Origin: Eledone cirrhosa
Lineage: Eukaryota
Direction of reading: 5' to 3'
Assembly (NCBI GenBank): GCA_964016885.1
Contig: OZ024750.1
Span: forward strand, 13,454,001 to 13,518,000
DNA length: 64,000 nucleotides
Made by a program: the position numbers and the translations under genes. The notes below the pieces were generated by a model, which made no database searches, had not been told where the DNA came from, and worked only from the letters and a program-made list of their open reading frames with translations. Position 1 is the first letter of the stretch; the number at the start of each line of letters is the position of its first letter. This document shows, one piece after another, positions 11,103-23,100 of the stretch.

Positions 11103-11765
11103 GGGAGCAACAGACTCAGCTCAGGTAATATTTAAAGGGAGCAACGGGCTCTACAACTCAGGTAATATTTATAGGGAGCAACAGACTCTACAGCTCAAGT
11201 AATATTTATAGGGAGCGACAGATTCTACAACTCGGGTAATATTTATAGGGAGCAACAGATTCTACAACTCAGGTAATATTTATAGGGAGCAACAGATTCT
11301 ACAACTCAGGTAATATTTATAGGGAGCGACAGACTCTACAGCTCAGGTAATATTTATAGGGAGTGACAGACTCTACAGCTCAGGTAATATTTATAGGGAG
11401 CAACAGATTCTACAACTCAGGTAATATTTATAGGGAGCGACAGACTCTACAACTCAAGTAATATTTATAGGGAGCAACAGATTCTACAACTCAGGTAATA
11501 TTTATAGGGAGCGACAGACTCTACAGCTCAGGTAATATTTATAGGGAGCGACAGACTCTACAACTCAAGTAATATTTATAGGGAGCAACAGATTCTACAA
11601 CTCAGGTAATATTTATAGGGAGTGACAGACTCTACAGCTCAGGTAATATTTATAGGGAGTGACAGACTCTACAGCTCAGGTAATATTTATAGGGAGTGAC
11701 AGACTCTACAGCTCAGGTAATATTTATAGGGAGCGACAGACTCTACAGCTCAGGTAATATTTATA
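11103..11765 (+). repeat. Minisatellite, 37-bp unit x ~18 (GGGAGC[A/G]ACAGA[C/T]TCTACA[A/G]CTCAGGTAATATTTATA)
   Basis: Unit starts at 11137, 11174, 11211 ... 11729 (37-bp period), with a shorter first unit at 11103. No spacers. Confidence 0.97.
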
Positions 11766-12469
11766 TATTATACTTTTTTAAAAGAAATGTCTTCTATTTG
11801 TTTTGTTTATTTTTTTCCGGATATTATGTATATTCTATGCTTCTTCTTCTTCCTCCTCCTCCTCGTCATCATCTTCGTCTTCTTCTTCACCACCCCAACT
11901 TATTCATGAGAGGGTTGTGTGAGGTAGAATCCTCAAACCTCCTTCCAGTGGGTCCTGTCAGAAACAACTCTCCAATTGATCCGACTGGATCCCCAAACGA
12001 TACAAGCCAAGCTCATGGATGTTATCCAATCATCTGGCTCAGGGTCTACCCCTGGGTCTCCTGCCAGTTGGTCTTTCCTGAGACATTTTGACCATATGTC
12101 TGTAGTGTCGGAGAAGTAGTGTCTCTACCTGGAGTGACTCTCTTATGTCCGAGCTTCGCACTCTATCGAGTAATGTTACTCCAAAGACATATTATGACTG
12201 ACTTAATAAACATTTGCTAACATTTAATGTTTAATTAATGATAGAGATTTGTCTCATGTAAAATATAGATGTTATTTAAAGCTTATACCCCAGGGTCACC
12301 CCCATGGCCAGGCATTTCTTCCACATAGGATGTCTCCTCCATTGGCAAGTACCATGTAGCATGCATCCTATGTACCTCCACTCCCATCAACACATCCTCA
12401 ATCTGACATACCAAGCAGTAATGTTGGTGCCATGACAAAATATACCCTGACCAGCTTCTAAAATGGTCA

Positions 12470-12723
12470 TACTGGTTCCATGACAAAAAAGCACCCGATC
12501 CACTTTGTAAGGAGGAATTGCTGATGCCACAAAAAGAACTCCTAGTTTGTGTTGTAAGGTGGTTGGTGTTAGGAAGGGCATTGATCTATAGAAAACCAAT
12601 CCAGAAATAGATCATATAAGCAAATGTTGTCATCTGACCTGTCTAACCTCGTAACATGACAACCTCTCTAACCCTTGAAGGTATGGAAAATAGACATTAA
12701 ATGGTGGTGATGATGATGATGAT
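12470..12723 (+). mobile_element. Abundant SINE family with (TGA)n tail (RTE-type 3' end)
   Basis: Motifs 'ggttggtgttaggaagggcat...tagaaaacc' and 'atggaaaatagacattaaatg(atg)n'. Related copies at ~18800, 23340-23760, 40095, 42640, 48170, 57560 and 58840-59110. Confidence 0.7.
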
Positions 12724-13410
12724 TTCAAACGAGATGTTAGGTAGAAAGTGTGTTCAGAATGATAAAGGAGTGTATTTTACTTTGGTGATAATGAAAAGAA
12801 AGAAATTGGTTTGTTATAAGGAAACTCCATGTGAATGAGTGGTTTGTAGGACTTAATTGAACACCCATCACAATTAAACGAGGTGATTAACCTCCATTTA
12901 TTGTACCAATATAACTTTGGAAACATTTGAAGTTGTTGTTGTTGTTTAGTGATAGACCAACCTTGACGGGGTAGACCATCTAACCAAAGTCATTCCAGCC
13001 ACGACCGACGTGTCATTTTTCAGGTATTATGTATCTTGGACTACATCACCTAATGTGTGTTTTTCTCATTTATGTCTGTGGTTGCAGGCTGACCAACTAC
13101 ATTAAGGTTTCCCTATTGGTTCGAAACAAGTTTCCGTATGACATCCATGATGAGAGCAATTCCTTATGAGAGACATTGATCAATATTTATGAAATTAATG
13201 ACTGTTGGTATAGAAAATATTGTTTTAATGTGTCAGACGTTGAGGAGTTGTTATTACTGTATTACTTAGTTGTGTTCGTCACGTATTATGCTCTCTCTAT
13301 CTAAATTTATGTACGTGTACACAACACAGACACACATGCATACATGCACACACACACAGCTTAATATTTTTAAAAAGGTGAAGTCTTTCCCAGGCCCAGA
13401 GGCTCTGCAC

Positions 13411-13730
13411 ATGGCTTAGTAGTTAGAGCATTGGGTTTGCGATTGAGAAGTTGTGAGTTTGATTCTCGGACCGGGTGATGCGTTGTGTCCTTGAGCAAGA
13501 CACTTTATTTCACATTGTTCCAGTTTACTCAGCTGTAGAAATGAGTTGCGACGTCACTGGTGCCAAGCTGTATCAGCCATTGCCTTTCCCTTGGACAACA
13601 CCAGTGGCGTGGAGAGGGGAGACTGGTATGCCTAGGCGACTACTGGTCTTCCATAAAACAAAACTTGCCCAGGCTTGTGCCTCGGAGGGAAACTTTCTAG
13701 GTGCAAAACCATGGTCATTCATGACCGAGT
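13411..13730 (+). mobile_element. tRNA-derived CORE-type SINE
   Basis: A-box-like TGGCTTAGTAG, B-box-like GAGTTTGATTC, then the MIR/CORE-like segment 'gtgtccttgagcaagacactttatttcacattgttccagtttactcagctgtagaaatgag'. Confidence 0.75.
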
Positions 13731-13914
13731 AGAGCCATAGAAGTGACTGAGAGTTCAAAATAATACTGGACAGGACACCAGTCCATGGCGGGGTTGAATC
13801 TCAGCTACTCTTGCAACCAACAACATAAAGTACCAGTAATACACTGGGATCGACTTTCCCCTCTCTTAAAATTGTTGGCCTTATACCTAAATCAGAAACC
13901 ATTGTTATTAATAT

Positions 13915-14100
13915 AATTGTTTCTACTTTTGGCACAAGGCCAGCAATTACCCAGTGCATTACTGGTACTTTATTTTATCGACCCCAATAAGGATGAAAGG
14001 CAAAGTTAACCATGGCGGGATTTGAACTCAGAATGGCAAGGGCCATAACTCTATGCGTCAAAGCATGGCGTCCGACCCTTTACCGATACTGCCAATCCAT
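13915..14100 (-). mobile_element. tRNA-derived SINE (central 'gcctttcatcc..ggggtcgataaaataaagtaccag' domain)
   Basis: Close reverse-complement match to the full-length copies at 23817 and 63619. Confidence 0.85.
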
Positions 14101-14419
14101 TAATATAATGAAGTTACATTATTGTTAATCAATCCATGTCTTTAGATTTAGTGACAACAAATCACAAATGATTTTATGAAGAATTTTTGCAACACGAAAG
14201 ATTGTCCATTCCAAAGTTTTACAGTCACATGGAAGAACTCTGTTGCTTACTTGTGCTCTTACAACAAAAATAACTTTCATTCATAACAATTATCTTTATG
14301 TCTCTTGTGTGTGCAACCAGTACTCCCACAGAATCTTTCAAAAACAGCTGAATCCAACTTTCATACTTTCCCCCTCAGAGTATCTTTACATTATCATGTC
14401 TTTGTTTTGTTTATGTTAA

Positions 14420-14790
14420 TTTATTACATTCACCATAGAAAATGATTGAAATGTTCCTGTACTTTGTCATATAGACCGATTATCTTGCCAGTTTCTGTCT
14501 ATTTTTGTTTTGTAAAGACTTCTAATCATATGTTCTTATGCAGCCATGATAAAAGTCTGTTTTCCTCATTAATCCTCCATATTTTAGCCAAACCCATTGT
14601 TCTTCTTCTAAAGTTTCTCTTTGCTTGACAACTTGCCCATGAACAGTTTTTCTTTCCTCTTTTTCTTTTGTTTGTAAATCTTTTTTTCTGCTTCTATATT
14701 CAACATTGTCGTTTCGGGCTGTACATATGTTTCTCTTTACTTTTCTTTGTCTTCTAACTGCCAAACATACTGCGTATTGCATCTGTTATA
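14420..14790 (-). mobile_element. Degraded non-LTR retrotransposon fragment (R4/Dong-like RLE clade)
   Basis: Translation 'HGQ...WVWLKYGGLMRKTDF..AA*EHMIR' resembles the post-RT 'WL..G.L..ETEGF..A.QEQ.I.T' motif. Confidence 0.45.
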
Positions 14791-14899
14791 ATGTTATATT
14801 GATTGGTGATCTAACCATCTACCTACTCCTACTTTTCTTGTTATATATCATCAACTGTTACTAAGATAAGAGAATGTAGCCTATTGTTGACAACCTTCT

Positions 14900-15490
14900 G
14901 GTGTGCCTATCCTCTGAAGAGAGGCTTCACAGCCACTCTGTCAGGGAAACTTGGCTCAAGGTTGCATGGTATCTGTGCTGAGTGAAAAGCCTAACCACAT
15001 GTCTGTAATATCGGAGCTGTGATCTCTCAATTTGGAGAAGTAGCAGCTCTACTTGGAATGTCTCTCTGATCTCTGAGCTACTTACTTTATCGAGTAACGT
15101 TACTCCAAAGACCCGTCGGAGGAACCCCATTTTAGCTGCTTGTATTCGTGATCGTATTCTTTCGATTCTTACCCAAGATTCATGACCTTAGGTAAGGGAT
15201 GATATGAATTGAAGATAGCGAGTTTGGCTTGTACACCTACCTCCTTTCTTCTGATTACCAAATGCTGAAGCTGACTTATTACTGCACCAGCTCCTTGCAA
15301 TTCTTACAATTAATTCAGCCTCCTACCTTCCATCACTCGTGAACACGGCTCTGAGATACTTGAACTTCTCCACCTACTTCAGTGGAACTCCACTCCCATA
15401 TAGAGTGCTCTGTGCAGGCTTCCTTGAAAGGACGATTGTCTCAGTCTTTGCATTCATTCCAGCCATGCAGCACTCGACAGCAAACCTATT
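14900..15490 (-). mobile_element. RTE-clade LINE fragment (RT C-terminal region)
   Basis: 'EKFKYL..', 'MGFLRRVFGVTLLDKVSSSEIRE...IERSQLRYYRHVVR' is typical of RTE ORF ends, with stops and frameshifts. Confidence 0.8.
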
Positions 15491-17177
15491 TTGATAATTA
15501 AAATACAAAGGCAATATAATCTTGCTAGAAATATGATCATAAAAGGGTTAATGTTATGAAGATAGTTGTTACAATAAAATTGTGTGAAAATTTTAGTGAG
15601 AACTAAAAGTGGGTAGAAGGAGAGGTAAACAGAGATTGCTATTTATTACAAGCAGTTTATACTACTTATCAATTCTATATATATACAAGTTTAAACAGGT
15701 TTGCTGATAAAAGATAAACAAACAATCAATTTTCAAAATTTCTTTATTTCTTTTCATATTTGTTATTAAACATTTTTTTACATACATTTTATTTTCTTAT
15801 TGTTCAATTCAAATAGTTTTGAAAGCTATATTTTTATAAGAAAAGAAGTAAAAAATTTTATTTTTCATATATAATTGTTTATATAACCTATATTTAGATA
15901 TATGTTTGTTACATATATACTGAATTGTCAATTGAATGTCAATGTAGTATGGCTGAAAATAAATCTTCTAGTTGCCTTCAAACTGGATCATTGCGTAATT
16001 TAGTTTAAATTTATCTGATCTGTGTTTTTTTTAAATTGAACTACACCAGTCCAGAAGTATTTTTAGTTGGGTAGAGTAATTCAAAATCGTTTAAAAGCGT
16101 CTTCAAACATGAATGTCATCTGAATTTATATATATATATGAGAGAGAGAGAAAAAAGAGTGTCAGAAGAAGTTGGTTAATATTCATGACCTTTGCTATCT
16201 CTCACAGACTGGTGAAATTTATGCACTCTGTGCATGTGTGTGCGTCTGTGTATAAATTGATGCTTGCAAGTTGAAGTTTTACGGGTTTACTTTCCTGAAA
16301 TAATGTGAAGTAATTACTAGAACAAGCAGAGAGAGAGAGAGTGAGAAAGCAACTATATAAACTTTTTTAAATTTTAGTCTAAAGTAACTGGAAATAGGTA
16401 GAAATTACATGTTCACTTTTTTTATACCAACCCGACCAAAACTAGCTCTGGTTCTCTGAAACAAAACTAACCATTTTAAAGGGTTCCTATTTAACCCTTT
16501 TGATACCAACCCAACCCAAACCACTTCTGGTTTGCTCCCAGGACAGCTCACAAGCCCATTCTCAGTTCTTCCAGCATTGGGTGAAGACTGCAGTATATTT
16601 TTCAAACAGGCCCTTCTGCCTAAAGCCTAAACATATCCCTTGTTATCCCATGTTAAGAATAATGTGGTATGGATGTCTTTGCTGTTTCTGGCCATATTGC
16701 AGTTACCAATTTCATACTTTTCTCAGACCCGCGAAGACTAGACTTTTTTAGACGCAGCCTTTATTTGCTTCATCATAACCACATCACTGGGTTGTGAGAG
16801 TTTTCTTGGAAGCTAATGGTGTCACCCATTGCTCTATCTCCCTCAGTAGTTTCCAAAAGTAAAAGTATTGAGCTTCTTAAAGAGATATGTTCTTTTCTTT
16901 CTTTTTTCTTTAACTAAACTGAGTTCAGATTAACATTGGAATACTTTTAATGAAATATTTTTTTTATACTGATTACCTTATTTGAAATTTAATCATTTTA
17001 AACACATATCAGCTATATTATAGTTTTCATAATATTGAAATATCTGATTTTTCATTTTATCTTTTATTATGTATTTATTTATTTTTTATTAACAGACTTT
17101 ACAGTCCTTTTTGATGCCTATCTTTGACTGGTCAACAAGTGAACATATTCAGTTTGAACACTTGTGAAGAACTAACC

Positions 17178-20100
17178 ATGTCATTAGCTATACAGCTTGA
17201 ACAGTTGGCATGGCAACTGAAGAAAGAAAGACTCTTCATCAATTCCGAAAGGGAACAGATGCAAAAAATATACGAAGATGTTAAGAAAGTTGCTGAAGCT
17301 TTGTATCATGTTTCCTGGATCATGAGACAACAACGTACTAATTTAGAGATGTTAGTTACTACTTTACATGGAATTGTACAGTCAGGCTTTTGTGCAAAAG
17401 CCAAGCAGCTCGAATCTATCAACTTTGTTGATAGCTACAAGCAGCTTGGTTATCATGACATCAAATTTGCAGACCTTCTGAAATATTTACGAGATAACCC
17501 CAAATTAGTAGCTCAGCTAATATGCTGTGGAGAGAAAAAAGGCATTGAAGGGTCTCAGAAGGTTGTTGGTATTGTTTTACCATCCTTCTATGGTAATTGT
17601 GTAATGTTGGAAGATGAGTACACAGCCTTGCAATTGTTATATACTCTTGCTGAAATTCAGCTAACTTATGATGATAATCCACGTCGATTGATTCGCAAAG
17701 GATCTTGTGCGTTTAGTAAACTTTTCAAGAACTTTTTTGATTCTTTGTTTTCTTCGAAACTATTCTTGACAGCGGCTTTACATGATCCTGTCATGAAGCT
17801 TCTTATGGAAGATGAATGGTTTTATGATATAGATCCTGACAAAGCTCTCGTACGCTTTACTCCTTCTGAAAGGTTGCGGCGCTTTGGAGAACAAGGATCA
17901 ACAGAATGGAAAACTAATTTACAAACCTATCGTAATTTCATTGTTGATAAGTTAGTTACCTTATCAAATCGGTTCATTTCTGCAATCAAGAACAATATGT
18001 ATTGTTTCCCAATAAGTCTCTCATGGCTTGTGTCACAGATTTATCAACTTTTATCAAAATCCGGCAAACATTCAGCTGCTGAAGTTAGAGCAGTTTGTGC
18101 TGACTTAGTTTTTGCATTGTTTATATGTCCTGCTATCTGGGATCCAGCACCCTATGGTATTATGTCTGATGTCCCAATAAGTCACATTGCTCGTCATAAC
18201 CTCATGCAAATTGCACAGATCATCCAAGTGCTTGCCTTTTCACAAACAGATGATATTCCTCCAAAATTCAGTGACCTTTATGACAAATTTGACAAGGTAA
18301 TATATTATATATTCTCTCCATTTGTTTATATATTGTGATCTTCATAATCTTTTTAATACTTCAATGTTCAATTTTAAGTTTTAGTCCTTATTCATTCTGT
18401 AATACTTTAAATATAAGATTGATTGTTATATAGCTAAATTGTCGGCAAATTGTGACCATGAAACATACATGTGACCATGAAAACTTGAGAAATATGTAAT
18501 TCATAATCAATTTCTTTTTGAAGTATTTCTCTAATTAATCGCTATCAACATTCCAACAAAAATCACAAAAAATAAAATCAACCATATTTCTTGTTGCATA
18601 TGAGACTGTTGAGTCTTCACTTGATCAAGGTCGGAGATCAGTTTCCAGGGCCCACCACAACGAGTTCAACAATTTGGGCCCCATACTGATTTTACTGAGC
18701 CTTCTTATTCCAAATTAAGACAGCCAACATGTTGGCACAGTCATTAGTTGCTAAATAGAATGACTTATAGTATTTGCTGCAGCTACCCATGCTATCATCA
18801 TCATCATCACCGTTTAACGTGCATTTTTTCCATGCTAGCATGGATTAGATGAGTTGCCTCGTTGTGAGACAAGCCAGGTCAGATGACCATGTCTTGCTCA
18901 TACAGAACTGATTTTGGCTTGGATGCCCTTCTTAATACCAACCACATTTACAGTGTGGGCTACATGCTTTTTGTCATCACACCTACATGACCACTTTACA
19001 GTGTGGGCTGTGTATGTGTATATGAGTTCCAGCAATAGCTGGGGATTTAACTCTGTGATGGACTGGCGTCCTGTCCAGGGGGGAGTCTTGTACTCTCAAT
19101 CGCTTCATGCCATGAAACTAGAATAAGCACCAGCCAAATTAGCCTTCTGGCTTAAGACAAACTTTAGACTTAGATATATGTGTATATATATATATACATA
19201 CTACAATGTAGCAGTAAATATTGCCTAGACAACATATATCCAAAACTATGTATATACATATATGTATAATGACAAGAAAATCAGAAAGTAAGTGAATGAA
19301 CTTACAGGAAAATGGTATAAACCAATTCTTAAAGTCTTTGTAGCTGTTTCAAAGCTGACAAGAAATAGTGCCAATTATCATTATTAGGTAACAGGCACTC
19401 TAACGACAACAGATCCATCATCAATAGATATTGCCATATTAAACACACATAGTTCCACCATTGTTTTCATTCCATAAATTGATACACAAATGATGGAACA
19501 CTTATTAAGTTGAATATTTTGAGTGATTGATAAAATTATCTAATTAATTTTTTTTTTAGGGCTGTTTATCTGGACTTATTGATATTATGTTGGAAGGTGT
19601 GGGGCCGGATGCTCCCTCTGTTCCTTGTAATCACCCACAGAATATAGAACGTTCATCTGTTTTAATTACTTTGACCCAGCTGAACACTTTGGTAAGAATT
19701 TTTTTTTTTCTTGTTTTTTATTAACATCTTTAAAAAAATGTCTCAAATGCAAATTAAAAGCAAACATCTTTGAAAATAATTGTGATGAAAAATGGAAAAA
19801 TTCTAAATAGATAAAAATAAATTGGTACAATATATTCTGATTTTTGTTTAATATGTCTATATATTGGTTGAATTTAGTTGGGAAATTTCTGAAATATATG
19901 ATAAAAATCATTTGATTTACAATATTACTCTTAAGTTGGAAATAAATCAGTTTTGAAAGAATGGCAGTTCAACAACAAAATCACTTAATTTACAAAAGTG
20001 GAGCAATAAATTGGTCTGGGTTAAAAAAATTATTTTAATAAAAAAAATATTAATATTAGCTGATATATTAATTGATATCCTTTCATGCCTTTCCTGAGGG

Positions 20101-23100
20101 AATCATCCTTCATAACTCATCCATCTTGCTTCTATTACAGGTTAATTTTTTACGTTCTACCTTGCCATACGTGAATAAAAACAATGAAATTAATCAATTA
20201 GAAGAATTTTTGTCCATACTCCCAGCCATCCAAACACCTACATTGACTATCCAGCCATCAACTCCTACCTCAGTCACACCTTCCCATACACCTCCTGGAA
20301 CACCTAGCAGTCAACATAAAAGTAGTCGAGGTAAGTCTTTACAAACACTATAGCATTTTTACTCTTGTGTAATTCATAGTTTTAGGATTGCTATTTTTTT
20401 TTTTCTCTTTGTTTCCTTTCGAGACACTGCATCCTTTAAGACACTCATGCTTCCCGAAATACGCCAAAACTACACCTGATGTACCCCTTCCATACACATG
20501 CACACGTGTGCATCATGACTCGTGCACTGTTCATTTTACTGATGTTTGTGCATTGCCCTATGTACTGTACATGCACTTTTTGATGAGTTGTGGTGCACCT
20601 GGGCACTGGACACAATATTTCATTATTATTATATCATGACTCATACACTGTTCATTTTCCTGACATTTGTACATTATTCTATGTACTATTCATGCACCTT
20701 TGATGAGTTGTAGTGCACCTGAGCACTGTACACAATAATTTCATTATTATATTATATTAAAACATATTTAGGGAACTTTTAATATTTGCTTGTTGTGATG
20801 TTTGTTTTTCAAGGAGTAAAGTCACTGGGAATTAGGCAAAGTTGGGTTTGGGTATGGTTAGCATGGTTAATGATCAATTTCAACATTTTAGAGATAACGT
20901 ATTTATTTATAAGTATATGAATTTTGTATATCGTCGGTTTCCAAAATTCATAGCTATAAGGCTTTCAAATGTTTCTTTGTAAACATACAGTATATCATTA
21001 GATACAAAATTCATGCACTTACATGTATACAGCTATGTCGGAGCGAAAACTTTAATTATATTATTTATCTTCGTTAACAGCTCATAGGAAACAAATGTCT
21101 CTCACAAATCCTGAGGAAGTGAATGTGAGCAGTTGTAATGCAGAACAAAGCAATGTTGATGGTAATGTTGATTTACTTGAAGATGTCTTGGTGTTTTCTT
21201 TGGGGGTAATCAGTGAGTGTCCTGGAATGCTACCAGAATGTAAAGTAAGCTCATCTTTCTATTATATATCTATTGTTTTTATGTGTATACATATAAAAGA
21301 ATTTACATTTAATTCCAAAAAATTGACATTTAAATAGTGAAGATGGAAAGTCAAGATTTACTGTAAGTCTAACATTTAACTGAAAGATAGTGTCAAAAGA
21401 AAGCTAAATTGAGCTGAAATAGAAATTATCTCTGAGAAACATAAAGTGGCAATTAAGATAATGTGATAGAAATGGTTGTTACAATATATTGGAAAAATTG
21501 GCTTCAGCTAGTTGTTGATATTTGGCTTACTAAGAGATATATGAGTGAAATCGTTAGATGTAAGAGAGCTTAGACTAATTGGTAAAAAATAAAGCAGTAT
21601 ATACTGTAAATCTATCTTGCTCATACCAAACTGTAATTATGATGATGGTCAGCAGTGTTGGTATTAATGGCAGTATGAATTTTTCTTTAGGATGTGGTGG
21701 GGGTCAGTTTACATTAATTAAATATGTTAAATTGATTTGAAGTTTAGCTGTATGCGTTTATGTAAATTGAAAAAGAAAACGAAAGTAAGGAATAAAGACT
21801 TTCAAGTTCACTAAAATTAGTTGTAACAATGAGAAATAGTTTCACAGGTTATCTATCTACGCCTAAGTATTTCTATGACTCTTAACTTCCTCCACCAGAT
21901 AAAACTGCTTTAGTAATACATTCTTGAAAAGTATAAACAGCCATATGACCACATCATATTAAAAAGTAAAGTTTTTGCTCTAATATTGCAAATTTTCACA
22001 ATGATCTGTCCACAAGTAAAGATGCTGTAAATATTTTAATTAATAAACCCATTTTTAGATATTTCTGCAAAATCATTGCAAGACATTTATAGTTAAATTC
22101 ATAATTGTAAAGTTATGTATTTTTGTAATAGGTCTTATCTGCTGAGCAGGAGCGTTGCCGACGTAAAGTAACTTATCAATCTTCTCCTACCTATGAAGAC
22201 AACAGTGCTGAAACTCATGAAAAACGAACTAGGTTTTCTTTTCCTCAGGATCAAGAATCAATTGGTAAAGAATTTATGCATTTGTTAACCCTTTCAATAC
22301 TGATTTTAAAAAAATAGAATAAGGTACACTTTAACATTGCTTAATGCTGTACCATAATCTAAAATAATCTATACTACAACATTTTAAGTTTCTCAAACCT
22401 TTTTTTTTTTAAGTTCTTGAAAAGCTTCTGGTAACTCTTTTATAAATACTTAAAAAATCCAATACCATAAAAGGAAAATAAAAAGAAGACAAGCAACCTT
22501 ACCTTGAAATAATAGATAAGATTATGATATTGTTAAAAATGGTAGAAAATATCAATACAGATAAATTAACTATAGTACTATTTTATTTTTATTTCTTCCT
22601 AAATAGCCTTCAAGCTTTCCCTATGTACAAATTGTATTCTGTAATTAAAAGAATTAAGATTTTATTTTTAGAGCAATAGTTATATAGTTTGTTTGCTTTT
22701 TATTTCATTTCATTTTTGCAAATTATTTTGTAAGAGAATCTCAGTAGGAATATTTACCGATTTTTTAAAGATTTTCTTTTAGGTAACACCAGTGATATTC
22801 AAGAGGCTATTTCTGAAGTGGCATCAAGTCATTCAGTAGGTTCTTTAGAGAATGACAATGACAATTTTTCTGATATGATTTCTGCGAATGTAAGTGGGCG
22901 AGGAACCCCCAATGTTAGTGGGAGAGACACACCACTCTCTCAAGCAGAAAGTGTTGAAGAAAGACGAGCCCCTGATCTACCTGAGACAATCCAGAAACAA
23001 AACCGAGAAGATGTTACTGAGAGATTTGGCAAGTTTGAAATCAAATCGGAATTAGAGAGTACGTATATATTTGAAGTTTTCTTTGTTGACAATAACTAGA

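Noticed and set aside
11103-11765. CRISPR-like 37-bp repeats
   Set aside because: Units are contiguous with no unique spacers, there are no cas genes, and the context is eukaryotic. It is a minisatellite.
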